A stretch of DNA of 64,000 bases from Kondoa subrosea (taxonomy: Eukaryota), in assembly GCA_039545335.1 (NCBI GenBank), contig BCIN01000009.1, positions 496,001 to 560,000 on the forward strand. The letters run 5' to 3'. The notes under the pieces are model-generated. The model ran no database searches, had not been told where the DNA came from, and worked only from the letters and a program-made list of their open reading frames with translations. Below are positions 13,901 to 27,155 of this stretch, piece by piece (position 1 is the first letter of the stretch; each line of letters opens with the position of its first letter). The position numbers and the translations under genes were made by a program.

Positions 13901-14097
13901 TTGCTTTGGCTTAGGTTAAGCTCCAGTCTACGAGATGTTTGGGTATACGCCAGCTTCTACGCTTGGTATCTGCAGCTTCGGTGTAACGAGAGCAAGAGTC
14001 GAGACAGCTGACCCAATTTCGACTTGTCCCGCATCCGTGACCTTTGCTCTGCGATAGTGCCCTTTACAAGCCCTGACTCATTCGATAACGCTACACT

Positions 14098-15045
14098 ATG
14101 TCATCGTAAGCTCTGGTTTGCCGATTGCGCTCTGCAACCAGATAAACTGAATGATCAATGCGTTCCTTAGTCCACGCCGTCGAATTGAGACAGATATGAT
14201 GAAGCTGTTAGTTTCGCAGCAGTGCAGTTAGCCATCTAGAGCTCTGCTGTCACTGTTTGAGGGCGCCATGTGCTGACAATGACTTCTCCCGACCTATATA
14301 CAGACTCATGTCGGACTTCGAAGTCAATCTGGTCAACGATAACATGCAAGAGTTCTATGTTCGCTTTCATGGTCCAGCAGAAACTCCTTTCAGCGGTGGT
14401 ATTTGGAAAGTACACGTTGAATTGCCAGGTGCGTTGATACGCTAGACATTCAATATGACTATTGATTGTTAGCGACTTCTTGCACAGATCAATACCCATA
14501 CAAGTCACCTTCTATCGGCTTCATGAACCGAATCTTTCATCCCAACATAGACGAATTATCAGGAAGTGTCTGTCTGTAAGTTTCGCCTTTTCGTTCATCC
14601 TTTTGCTATGTCTCATGTCAATACAACAAGGGACGTAATCAATCAAACATGGTCACCTATGTTTGACATGATTAATATATTTGAAGTCTTTCTACCTCAA
14701 TTGTTGAGGTATCCAAACCCTTCGGATCCATTGAATGGAGAAGCTGCTGCTCTGCTTATGCGCGAACCGAAATCTTATGACACCAAAGTCAAAGGTCAGT
14801 GATGGAGTTCTGGTAAAGAGGAGTAGTCTTCTAACTTTCGGACCTGATCCGATAGACTATGTTGCCAAATATGCTACAAAGCAAGCTGCCGACGATGCTG
14901 GTGATGAAGAGGAAGAAGAGGAGGACGAAGAGATGAGTGATGTAGGCGATTACTCGGACGACGAGGTCAGTAAAAATGGTCGCCAGTCGTTTCAGGGCTG
15001 ATAAAACCCATCTTTTCATAGCCTGCTGGAACTATGGAGCTATAA
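14098..15045 (+). CDS. UBC8: Ubiquitin-conjugating enzyme E2 (UBE2H/Ubc8)
   Basis: [59 protein letters not shown], acidic tail. Confidence 0.95.
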
Positions 15046-15353
15046 CAACTGATTTTCTCGCCTGGACTTCCATCTTGTACTACTTTGGCCATCTTGTAAC
15101 ACCTTCCTCACTCACCATAACATCAAATCGCATCCATATTGTCTGTTTTCGGCGCAATCTTCCTTTCTTTCTTTCGCTTGCAAAGCTCTGTCAACTCTCT
15201 TTTTGGTCACATTGTATCATAGACAGTTTAAAACCGTTGTAACACTAGATCTCTCTTGCAATCAGACTATCTACATCTACTCACAATCAACTGCGATTAC
15301 AGAACCCGTCTGATATCTATGATTACATCTTACATTCTATAATGCCAGCTATT

Positions 15354-17312
15354 TCACATTGCCATACCGACTTCTACAAAGCAAACAAACTAATCAATAA
15401 TGCTTCTGTGCGATAAAAAGCATGAAAGCTTACCAATCCGATCGCACATCTGAACAACGGCTTCATCTAAATCTCCCAGCGAATCTTTGACCATATGTTT
15501 CGTTTTCCTCTTTGGAGCAGTCAAGCTTCTGGACGATCCAGCAGAAACAGTAGTAGCCAAACTTGTGTTGCTTAAGAAAACGTTGCTCATATCTCCTTCT
15601 TGATCATCCGCAAGAACAGATCGAGCAGAAGGTGATGATCTGAGTGAAGGTGCATCATCAAATCTGAATGTTCCTTCTTGTTCTTCTTCTTCCTCTTGCT
15701 CATCTCCTGACCAAAGTTCTTCCTCTTCTTCTCTTTCTACATCTTGTTCTACATAGACCGATTCGGAAGAGTTGGAAATCGCTAAATCGACCAAAGAAGC
15801 TAAAGCAGATTGATGCTTTGCCAAATTTTCTTCAGTTATATCCGATACCGGTCTTGATTTGGTTTCTTCCGTGAGTGAGTTCAGTAGAGAGGATAATCGA
15901 ACTTCAGATGAATCAGAAACGATGCTTGTATTGCTTTGGCTGCGAGGGAAAACTGGTGATTCCGGGGATGAAGCAGAAGAGAGAGAATCGCTTGTAGAAG
16001 AAGGTGAAAGAGGTGGTGTACCTGCAGATACAGGGATTGGCTCGTAAAAGCAATCTTCAGGAGGCGAAGAGCGGCTACTACGTCTTGCTGGGACCGCAAC
16101 TCGAGCGCGAGGCCGGACGAAATTTCGCGGAGGTGGGATAGGGAAGCCGCCATCGCCAAGTATAGGTGTAGGAGGTTGTATCTGCAGTGCCGGAGGATTG
16201 ACAAAAGGTGCTGCGAGAGAAAGAGGGAGAGTCGATTTGCGAGGCGAAAAGACTGCGAATTCACCCTGCAGGCTGGGAGAATTGGAAATAATAGTCGTTG
16301 GTGCTTCTAATTCCTCTGGTATTGCAATGGGCGGCGGAAGAACGCGCTTTCCCTTTTTACCTGAATTTGACCTCGAGATCGAGGTATTTTCAGGTAGGAC
16401 CAATGCAGGGATGTCGACTTCGGTACGAGCGTAAGGAAGAGAAGAGATAGAAGCATTACGATCATGGCTTGTATCCTTACTAGTTGAGGCGACCACAAGC
16501 GGGAGAGGCGGAACTTCTTCTATTTCATCCATGCAAGATGGCGCCTTCCTCTGACTTCTAGAGCTTTTCCTTGCTAGAGAAGCGGTAGCCATAGGTCTCT
16601 GTATCAACGCTTGCGGTTCCATAGCACCCACTTCGCCTGCCTTGAAAGCTAACTTCTCCTCCAGGTCACGGAAGAACACCGTCAGATCGTCGAATCGCAT
16701 ACTCGGAATGCGCGCCTTCGATAGTGAAGTTGGAAGATCGAAAGCAAGTGGTTGAAGACGGCCATTGGACGCGAGCGAATTGTTCGATGAGCTACGCGAC
16801 TCGATCAAAGGTACAGCAGCAGCTCTTTCAAAAGAAGGATCGAAAGGAGGAGACTGCGCTGACGAAGGGGAACGTTGAGGGAGATTTGTTTGTGAAGGAG
16901 GAGTTCCGGGTTCATGTTCAAAGACTGTTTGCAATGGCTTGCGGGCTGGTGACCGTCGTTTTGCTTCAGGAGAAGTGTCGGGAGAGCTGAAAGATGTGTT
17001 TGAAGATGAATCCCAATCGAATGCAGACGTTAGATTGGAACCAGCTGAAGACGATGCCGGCAAGTTTGGCTGAGCAGGTTCGGGCTGAAGTGGATGAGAT
17101 TGTCTTGATGCTTTGCTGTTCTTTCCCCATGATCTGAAGGAGGAGAAGAATTTGCTCTGTTTAGGTGCTGGAGGTGAGCTGAATTGAGTATAAGCATTGA
17201 TTGGCGAATATGGCATGATTGGAGATCCGGATCCAGCGCTTGTATGTACAAAGTTGCTTGGCGGAGATACGTCCTTTGTAGACGGCTTGCGTTGCACTGA
17301 TTTGGCTGGCAT
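15354..17312 (-). CDS. Hypothetical Ser/Pro-rich disordered protein (~640 aa)
   Basis: A 640-aa ORF. A probable terminal intron gives ...MCDRIEVGMAM* ending at 15354; unspliced, the stop is at 15390. Confidence 0.7.
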
Positions 17313-18015
17313 GATGATCTGTCAGGAACTCGCATCAGGTGCCTGCGTGTATTCAATGTATGTAGGCACTGACTGTTTTGTTTGAGCTTGTATTGAGAAA
17401 ATTGCGCGTATGAAACACGCAATGAAGGAAACAAAGAGCGAAAGGGAGTTGTTAAATGAATGTAGGTGCGCAGGATTGCGCTTTGTGGGAATCTCAGTCG
17501 AAGCAAGCGAGCTGGTATGGAGGTGTTGTGGTCGTGCACTGGGAAGCTTCTGGCAGACGGAAACGCTATTGTTGTTCAGTTGAGACGCGCAAAGGTTTTC
17601 TCAACGAGTTCCAAATTCCACTGGTTCCGTTGAAGACGGTAAACTCGCGCGCAGAGCAGCCAAGATTGTCTTGTTGGACGAAGCTAAGCAAGCCATACTA
17701 GAAGAGGAAACAAACAGATAGAACGTCGAAGGTGTCTGCGCGTAATTTAGAAGGGAAATTAGAAATGCTCGAGCACAATGGCAATGACGATGAGGGTAGC
17801 AAGGTAGAGGCTCGAGGGAGTGCATATCATGGCAGTTTCTCTGACAGAGCATCGATGTAGGCGGAAGAGATGCAAACCGAAATTGTCATATTCCGGAAAC
17901 TGGGCAGGAGGGATTTGACGAAGAACGCTGATACATCTGTCTATCACGAAGCTCTATTTACATGCTCAGAGGAATGATCCGCTTCTCGCCTTTTGGTTGC
18001 CCTTCTTGGACATGC

Positions 18016-20820
18016 TTATACTACTCTCTTCGTCTTTAGTGAGGCTTCGGACGCTTCCTTGATAGCCCATGTAAGTGCGTAAGTATTAGCAGCCTTTGAA
18101 AATGTCAGTCGAGGTCATTACTGCAAAGAGCATGCTCACATCTCGGAAAGAGGACAGAATGCCAGAATCTTCCTCGTCATCGGCAACGGCTGAGCTGCTG
18201 TGATGAGATTCAGCCGCGTCGATGAATGCACTCATTTCGCCGCTGTTGCACAGTTGAGCTTTCAAGCATCGGAATGGTCGAAAATACGTACAAGTATGGC
18301 TACGAAAAGACGGTCTCAGATCAGCTGATGATACGAATAGCTACAAGAGTCTTACATCATCGTCTCTGTGAGCAGGGGAGCATTGCCAATCAGCGGAAGT
18401 TGAAAGGCTGCGCTACCGACTCACTCTTCGAAAATAATCTCCTCGAAATCCGACTCAGGTGTGCGCAGATGCTGTAGAATACTTTCAACCATGACTACGA
18501 GTCATACAACTGAGAGCTTACAAGAGTGGGTTGGTTGTAAGCATCAACAAGCTTTAGTTGCCAACCATCAGCGTAAATTTCCAATTCAGTGGAGTCTGTG
18601 AAAGCGAACACGTCATTAGCAAGGGTCTTGCTATAAGGTGCACGAACAGCTCACATTTCGTTCCCTGCAGGACTAAAGCATGAGTAAGTGAACCAACAGC
18701 TCCATTCTCGTATTTCCTGTTCGTCAATCACTATAACGATATGCTCCGAAGAACAAGCGTCAAAGAGTACGAACCATGTAGCACTAGTCACTCGAGGTAC
18801 TCGATCATCCTCAGCAATCTTTTCTTCGTCAACCGGGACGACATCTAATTTCCCAGCTTCTTCGAACCTGTATACAAACAGTCGTGCGCATCAGCCAAAG
18901 CCGAGACAGCGACAAGTTGCATACCATTCTAGAGAGCTAGCCTGTACAGAATCGAGCAGGACTTCACCGCCAAAATATCTGTACGATAGTAGAAGCATCA
19001 GCTTCAATGTTGATGGTTGTATCGATCTGCGCACCTTGATAGATCGACAAAGTGAGTGCCTTGTTCCACAATAGGTCCACAGCTGTTCACCCGGATGAAC
19101 ATCATGGTAGGAAAGAGAAGTGTTTCTTCCTGCGAACCTCTTTGACTTGGTCCACCAGACCTATGAGTCGAAAAAAAACCCCTTTCAACATCACCATGTA
19201 TGTACTGAAAGTATCCCTTCACTCACGGGCGATGCAATCTTAGCATACCTAATCCCACCCTCCATCAGCCTCTTTCCACTTTTTGTGGAGAAATTGACAT
19301 ACGAGCAAACATATCTAGCAACAGTAGCCATAACAGTCAAATTGTTTTCTTCCAAAATATTCTTCATCCTTTGCACCACTTTCAAGTATCTCAACATATA
19401 TCCCACAGAACAGACTGTTCGTCTGTCTTCAATGATTTGAGCTAGTTCGAGACAAGTTGGAACAGGTGAAGCGGAAATGGGCTGTCATCACCTCTCCAAT
19501 GTAAGCTCGTCATACAGCTTAACATACGGACAGAATTGACCTTTTCTACGAATAAGGCAGCGTTAGGGAAGGCTTTGAGGACTTGTAGCTCTAGATCTGC
19601 GCCAGCTTGAGTCGATCCATGGAAAGCTGCCGGTGAACCAATCATAACAGCGTGGGGACTGTACATGCAAGACGGTCAGAAAATACCTTTAGAGGCATAA
19701 CCAGAGACATCACGCACGCTTCTTTAGCAGCTTTGAGACCAGCAACGCATTCATCCCAGTTGGGGAAAATCTGTGGCATAGTTTCGGGTAATCAGCCAAA
19801 GCTGAATACCGCAAACACTGCGCGCACCTTAGTATCCTTGTAAGCACTAGCAACAAAGGACGCCATCTTTTTGCTGATAACATCTTCAGCTCTTGATTTA
19901 GCTGGATCGACTAATCCAATGACTTTCAATCTTGGTCCAAGTTTATGCTGTCAGAGTTGGTTGAAGAACGATCAGCTTCACGATGACTTTCCGTCCGCGC
20001 CCAACTGACTTCTAGGCGGAAAGAATGCTGTTCGCGAACCCGGCATCATTTAAGCAATGAAAATTGCGGATCATGAGTGAATGACGAACGTTCCATGGTC
20101 CCTCTGTAGGATATTCGGCACAGTACAATCAGACGCGAGCCGATTGAATGTATACGCTCGACACCTACCTGGACTACCAAAATGAATGTTTCCAGCTCCA
20201 ATAAAGATGACATTGAAATCTCCTCCAGCTTTTGGTTTGACGGAAGCGATTTTAGTAAAGAGAGTAAGAGAAAGACGCATTGATCAGTCAGCGTTTAGTT
20301 CTTCGAGATATGATGAATGTTTGAGTGAGGTAGAGAAAAGGAGGAGAGCCAAGAGGCAACACAAAAGCAAAACAGAACGCGCAAAACTTTTCTCTTCTAC
20401 CCCACCAGAAGAAGAAGCAGAAGAGAAGAATAGAAACGTTTAGCTAACCTTTTGGAAGGGGAGCCATCCTATTTTCGACGGAATAGAAGCATCACGTCAA
20501 AAACGTCTTAGACAGCAAGTATAAACGCACGACATGGATCCAAGACGATCATAAGAGATTGAAGGTCTACGCATGGAATGACCACCAGTGCTACGTCTGC
20601 CTCCTCCGGTCGAAGTTGGGCTCGAGACCATTCTACTGTTTGAAGGCGTTGCTTCTGTGAGGGTTAGACTTGATAGACCTCTAGGACCAGAGAATGAGCT
20701 TCTGTCGCCTCTCTGTCAGGTTTCCACAGGCAGCTGAGCAACTAGATAAGTGCTGCACAGCCAAGCGAGACTGACCGAGAATGATCTTCGAGGCGCTGAC
20801 GGTGAATGTTGGTTACTCAT
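18016..20820 (-). CDS. NAD-binding Rossmann oxidoreductase (Gfo/Idh/MocA-like, fungal Ox_reductase_C type)
   Basis: GGDFNVIFIGAGNIHFGSPEGPWNHSFRLEHKLGPRLKVIGLVDP, ALFVEK, VGYMLRYL, GPIVEQGTHFVDLSR, DDDPYFGEMSAF; many small exons; Ser/Arg-rich N-terminal extension from ATG 20820. Confidence 0.85.
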
Positions 20821-20957
20821 GTTGTCGTAAGGCTCGTCGTTTTCGATAGCTAGAGTTGAGAAGTCTAGGCTAGATGGTAGTCGAGGTGTGAGCTTATTTC
20901 GTAAAATTCATCATTTGCCTTGATACGGCCAACCTCTGCTCCCTTATACACTCTGTA

Positions 20958-21863
20958 ATGAGCTCCTCTACCACTTTACCAGATTTCAGCTCGACAGAAC
21001 GAAGTGCCAAAGTCTCGAGGAAAACCAACGAGACCGACATTCAAGTGTCGATAGCGTTGGATCATGCGCCTGATGTGCTGCAAGTTATAGAAATCCATAC
21101 TGGAATCGGATTCTTAGATCATGTTCGTCTCTGTTGTTCTTACCCTTCTCCGTCGGGTGCTGACCTTGTTATTAGATGTTTCATGCATTAGCAAAACATG
21201 GAGGTTCGCAATCTTCTCTTGCACGACAATGTGTCGTCGACTAGAATTTTGTGAACAGGCATGTCATTAGCTATCAATTGTAAAGGAGATCTACATATAG
21301 ATGATCATCACACGGCGGAAGATTGTGCTATTGCACTAGGTGAAGCATGGAGGAAAGCACTAGGACCTGTGAAGGGCATACGGCGGTATGGAACCGGTTT
21401 CGCACCATTAGATGAAGTGTGTTCGTTTCTCTTATTATACGAGTCGTGCTCAGCCCAAAGCAAAGGCATTGGCGAGAAGTGTGGTTGATATTTCATCACG
21501 ACCATTCTGTTGTGCGGATATAGGTCTGGTACGTCATTTCTCCAGCTTTCACATTGTTATCAAGTGTAATGAAAGGCCTTACAGAAACGAGAGAAAATTG
21601 GCGATCTGTCATGCGAAATGATACCTCACGTTTTCCACTCTTTCGCCATTGCGGCAAACATAACACTACATCTGGACTGCTTGAAAGGAGAGAATGATCA
21701 TCATAGGTGAGGGATTCGCTTGCCGATAGTCAGCTGATCTGACTATCATTGGCGCATTTTCCACAGAGCTGAAGCATCGTTCAAATCACTCGCTTTGGCA
21801 CTCAAGCAGGCAGCGGAGAAGACAGGAGGATCAGAAGTGCCTTCGACTAAAGGTGTTTTGTAA
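20958..21863 (+). CDS. HIS3: Imidazoleglycerol-phosphate dehydratase
   Basis: [59 protein letters not shown]-terminal PSTKGVL. Confidence 0.97.
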
Positions 21864-22108
21864 AATATATAGAAGGATGACATTGCATAGAACTGTTCGC
21901 GTATTATACTTTCAACAACGAAAATAGCTGCTATAAGTGATGCAAAATGCCTGGCCGAGCTCTGAGATGAGATTTCGACAGGTATTTTCATCAGTCTAAG
22001 CATTCAAAAAGACGATCTGTAACAAATGGGTATACCAAAGCAGGACTAAGCTGATTGTACAGCAGAGCATCAGCTGTAGATAAGATCACAGCAGCGAAAC
22101 AACGCACT

Positions 22109-24545
22109 CTAGCGACGCGCCTCGGAAAGCATGCCCATTCGTATTAGTTCCCCTTCTCTAGGTGCTCTTTGAGCGATAGGTCGCCAAAGCGAACCAGGAT
22201 TGCTGCTTGACAGAGCTCGATTCAAGATTCTTCGACCGGCTTGAGCATAAGATGGACCAGCAGAAGCAGGGCGATCGATATTAGCTGTTTCCCTCTGTTC
22301 ATTGACACGTCGGTTCCGCTAAATTAGACGACGGTAGCAATAGTGGGAAGGATTGTATTGGTTACACTAACAGTCTCTTCGAAGTCAGCTCTTCGAGCTT
22401 GCCAATCCTCTTCATCGTTACCACGACTTGCTGCGCTATCAGCCCAATTTGAGGCTGTGGCTTGGACGAGGACTGGAGCTACGTTGCTTTGTGGACCAGA
22501 ATTACGTCTCAGTTGCCTGAGTTGCCTAATTCCCATAGTCAGAACGCTGCGGAAGGCAACACTGCTAACATACTCATCTAAAACCGCCAGCGCTTCGGCA
22601 TTCGTTGGAATGGCTGGGGAAACAGGACTGAGACCAAAGACTGGTGAGGCTGGAGAGCTGCATGCTTGACGAGTTAGCGGAAATCTGGTCTCAAAAGTGG
22701 CTTACAAATCTCCTCCCCAAGCTGGTGATTGGCTGATATTGCGGTCAGCTGTATAGTTCACTCGCAAGAGAAGAGACACACGGAGATTGTTGATAAGGTG
22801 TTCTTGGTGAACTAGAAAGTAGATCGCGATCAGGTCGAGCAATGTTGTATGTGACGAGCTTACTACCAGCTGTAATGGAAGGAGGCTTAGCTCTGTTTGG
22901 TAGAAACAACAAGGCTTCTCACATAGGACTCGGCGGAGAAAAAGCAGGACTTTGAGGTGGACCCCATGCAAACTTTAGACGACGGGAAGCATATGCCAAA
23001 AGAAACACAAACCCGTTTGGTGACGTTGGACTGTATGGACGAGAACTTCTGCTTCTATGTATCAGCCGATGCTATCCAAGTATTGCTGAAGCAGAAACTT
23101 ACGGCGAGTACTTGTGAGAGATGCATGTTAACGGGAACACGTCCGCCGAAGGGAATACTAACGCGAGGACTGGCACTACAAACAGTATCAGCTCTACAGC
23201 TTTGAGGTATATTGCTACCACTCACGGTGAAAAGCCACTAGGGGAAAAATTGATCCTTGGACTTGCGCTGCAACCCGTTATTGACTTCCACATGAGGTAG
23301 GGAGTGCTCACGGTGAAAATCCGACCTTCCTCAACACTGTCAGTCTTCTGCACGAATCATCCAAATGACTGACCACTTCTGGAGCAGGACTACCAGCAGG
23401 CGAAGCATATCCCCTCGGCCAGGGTACGCTTTCTGGCACCGTGATGGATGTCTCGCCGCTGGTATGACGCGACATGCTAGCTGAAGTAGGCGTTCCAGGT
23501 CCTCGATCATCCCATCTGGAAGTCGAAACACGCTGATTGATAACGCGAGAAGCACTTTGTGCGGCAAGCATGACTGGATCTTCTGTCTGAGTACCGATGT
23601 CGATGCTTGTAACAGACTTTCCGATATGAAGATGAGTTGCTTCGTGATTGTAGAGATCCAGCAAATCGCTAGTAAAATGGCATGGCTCGAAGCGACATTT
23701 GAAGTGCTTGCACTCTTTGGCGTGTAAGGTGACATCTTTTCGTTTGAAGCTATTTCAGGAGTCAGTATGCGGAGGCAGCGACCGCCTTTGAACTTACGGA
23801 GTACAGAGCTTGCTGCGGTCGCAATCGATCAAAGATTCTGAACAATAAGGAGGATGCAAGTCTTCGAGATACTTCAGTACCACTTGCTTGTTGCATTTCG
23901 GGCATGCTACAAGTCTCCATTCACACTATAACCCCTTAGCAATTGAACTTTCGGGCAGCGGTGAAGAGCTCACAGTAAACTCATGCTTGTCGCTTGCTTG
24001 ACCAGTCCACTTGCATCGAGGTGAATACAAGCACTCGACCCTCAAATCGCCAATCATGCGTTGGATGAATGAAGCTGGTTGACTTCTACCACTTGTAACA
24101 ACAGCTCGATCAATTGGACATAGTGCTGCCGTGCCTTTCCACTGAGAGTTGAAGACAGCTAAATCGCCTGCGCCGACGCGGAATGGATCACTAGCAATTC
24201 GGGTCCGCTCATTGGCCAAAGCTGATGTTGCCGCAGCCGAAGGGGTAGCAAAGACGGATTCGACGCAAGATTGGCAGAAGACATGCTCTGATATGAGATG
24301 TGAGCTTGTATGAAACTGCTCAACAGATACTATTTACCCTGCTCGCATCCAATAGTTGTAGCTGAGTCGAGCAGATCAGGGCAAGAGAATTGCAGCTCTA
24401 TCGCGCCTTACCATTCTCTAAGACATCCAAGCAGATGCCACACTTCAATCTGTCATTCACAGGCTCCAAGAATCTTTCAACAGATTTCAGCAAAACTATT
24501 AATCGCGGAGGCACACGCGACCCACATCGCTGAGGGTCTGCCCAT
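22109..24545 (-). CDS. RING + TRAF-type zinc-finger protein (putative E3 ligase)
   Basis: FLEPVNDRLKCGICLDVL...HVFCQSCV...CPIDR...IGDLRVEC...CKWTG...CEWRLVACPKC; disordered C-terminus; several internal exons not fully resolved. Confidence 0.75.
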
Positions 24546-24728
24546 CGAGAATAGCGTATCAGAGAATCTCTGCACTGTAGGTTGGCACAGGTCCAGAGAT
24601 GAACGGCTGCTCCGGTCAAGAGACGAAATCGAAAATAGATTACGTAATAAAAGCTGTCTAAATTCTGTAATCATTGCATTGTCCTATAATCCTGTGTTTC
24701 GTCTGCTTCTATGCATTCTCTACCCTTT

Positions 24729-25631
24729 CTAACCAGTTTTGACGAAATTTGGAGCATTTCCGATACAGGAGCTGGCTTTGGGACTGCGGTGCTCCAGATC
24801 AGCATCAAGTGACAGCCAGAGCACAAAGAACTTACATAGTCTTGCTACAGTTCTTACCAGATGTGAACAATTGACCACTGCTAGTGTCGTAGTAGCCTAG
24901 ACAGCGCGTTCAATCCGACGAATTGCTCTCGAAGGGAGAGACGTACAATCATCTGCCTCTTTGGACTGTCCTCCTTTGGTAGATGAGTACTTGCAGATAG
25001 TGATAGAAGCACTGGAGTACTGATTTAGTGTACTGTCGTATCGAACATAGAGTCAGGCTTACGCTCCATCTGAATTGACCTGAGCACCAGCAAAGAACAG
25101 TTTACCAGAAGTTGAAGGACATGCGGTGTAGCATAATTTGCCGGAAGTTGGACCTTTCTTCAAGTTGGTGACGCAAATGCCAACATTGCTTTGATCGAGT
25201 TGGCCATTGGAGGACTGTGGATAATATGAGCGATGGCAGTACGTGCGGCTATTGGACCTACCTTGTAAGGACAGGTGTACTGTTGGATACCGATATCAGA
25301 AGACCGTCAAAACGCGCATGCGCAAAACTCACGACATCTGATCCGTTGGAATCCAGGTTGGTGTATGAGCACAAGATCTCATCCCCCTTGCCAGAGTACG
25401 ACTTGTTGGCTTGGACTTTGGTGAGAGTGTAGCTAGGGAAACCAGCAGGGCAGTTCTGAAAGTCCGGATCTGATTAGTTGAAACATTTGCAAATGGGCCA
25501 TGCCGCTCACGATATAGGCAGAAGTAGCGACGAGAGAAGTGCTAGCTCTCGTAACTAAAGAGACGTCTTCTACAGGCTGGGCGGGAAGCGAAGAGTCCAG
25601 CACAAAGAGCGAAAGCGAGAAACAATTGCAT
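24729..25631 (-). pseudogene. Small secreted Cys-rich protein with two internal repeats; 1-nt frameshift after the signal peptide (pseudogene or assembly error)
   Basis: TATAAAG upstream. MQLFLAFALCAGLFAS is out of frame by one base with AQPVEDVSLVTR. Six GT-AG introns then give a continuous Cys-rich frame ending ...IGNAPNFVKTG*. Confidence 0.65.
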
Positions 25632-25681
25632 CTTAATTGTGATAGGTAGAGAACAGGAGACGAAGAAGAAGAAAGAGAAGA

Positions 25682-25688
25682 CTTTATA
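25682..25688 (-). promoter_or_regulatory. Candidate TATA box (TATAAAG) of the secreted Cys-rich gene
   Basis: TATAAAG followed by a CT-rich leader about 50 nt upstream of ATG 25631. Confidence 0.5.
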
Positions 25689-26118
25689 CAGTCATCGGAA
25701 GAGGCGGTCCAAATGATGACACATCCACCCATACGCTATATGCTCCGAGTCACAGCCCGAACGATATTTGGCCATGAAGCCGCTTGCGACCCGAAAGCGA
25801 TGCACCTCAACAGAGAGACACTGATTCCAGACTTTACGAGGCGCAACACATAAGAACGGTAGGAAGGCAACAATGGACAGCAGGAGATCAGCGCGCCAGA
25901 CTTCAAAGGCTGTCCCTTCTAAGACCTTCTCGCACAGTCATCGCAACAATAATTGAAGCTGTTCTACTGTATCATTGCGGTTGATGCAACGCATATCACT
26001 GCCATGAGCGACTAAATCTCGCGCCTACTCCTCGAAGTGAATGGCTGCTGCGGGTCAACTACCTTGGACCCCACAAAATTCGATCATGCTTGGAGCCAAA
26101 CGATCATCTAAGCGAGAT

Positions 26119-26841
26119 ATGATGTCTGTCACGGCTGCTTTACGCGAGAAACAAACTCCTATCAAGGCAGGATACAAAGAGAATCCTTCAAGCGCTCTAG
26201 CGACGCTTGTGAGCAATGGACAACTGGATTCGACTTCGATCACATGCACTTTGGGACCTAACACAAAAGCCATCAAAGAAGCGAAGCGGATAGCCGGCTT
26301 ACACGTCATGGCTGGAGGTCCTTCAGAATTATCAGGGGAGCTGTGTTCTGGGAATATGCTTCTTGATGCACTTGTTGCATGCGCTGGCGTTACTCTGAAA
26401 GCTGTTGCGACTGCTATGGAAATCCCTATCGAGAGCGGAGACGTGAGAGCGGAAGGTGAGCGTCGTCCTCACTTTCATAAAGTATGGTACTGATCAGAGA
26501 TAAAAGGTGATCTGGATTTCAAGGGCACGCTTGGTGTTGATCGTGAAGCTCCTGTTGGTTTCGTTGCTATTCGGTAAGTGCTGAAACCCATATGATTGAC
26601 TGAAAGCTAAGGGACGAGCAGACTCTTCTTCGACCTGGTACTGCAAGAGGGTCATTCAGTCGATCAGGCCAAACTAGACAAGCTCCTCAAGTCAACAGAG
26701 CGGTACTGTGTCATATACCAGTAAGCGTCTTATTGATGTGCGTATACGATGCTTACAAGCGATTCCAGAACATTGGTCAAGCAACCGTCAATGAGCGTCA
26801 GAGTCACGGGAGGATCAGATCTAGTAGCGGAGAAGAAGTGA
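26119..26841 (+). CDS. OsmC/Ohr-family protein (alternative in-frame start at 26041)
   Basis: AGLHVMAGG...LCSGNMLLDALVACAGVTL...AEGDLDFKGTLGVDREAPVGF...LLKSTERYCVIYQTL with two conserved Cys; three introns. Confidence 0.88.
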
Positions 26842-27155
26842 AGACAAAAAGGGAACACACTACCTCGCAACCTGTAACAGTTTATAAAGTGTCTAGCAAA
26901 ACGTGCGCGCGCAACAGCATGCATCTTTCCGCATCGGCTGAAGAGCATTGGAACGCGACAGGACAGCTGATTTCTACACAAGGATGCTCTCTTGCGCGTG
27001 CTCCTCCCGCCAAAAGCCGCGCTGCCGCCCGCTTCGTCACCAGATTTGTGCTTACCTAATCATCTTCGGGAATCGGAAATCGCAGAATCGCACAATTGCT
27101 CATCGGTTTTACTTGGCTTGCTTTCTCCGAACCATTCAACAACTTAATTCTCATC

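Noticed and set aside
17977..18000. ATCCGCTTCTCGCCTTTTGG resembles the U2 snRNA 5' end
   Set aside because: It lacks the following GATCAAGTGTAGTA branch-pairing region and an Sm site; it lies in the oxidoreductase 3' flank.
20240..20468. Apparent non-canonical (AA) splice acceptor in the oxidoreductase
   Set aside because: Recounting shows a 20-nt exon that splices in frame to the canonical AAAG|CTGGA acceptor (MAPLPK|AGGDF).
20700..20820. Apparent in-frame TGA readthrough/uORF upstream of the oxidoreductase
   Set aside because: The TGA lies inside a normal GTCAGT...CTGACAG intron.
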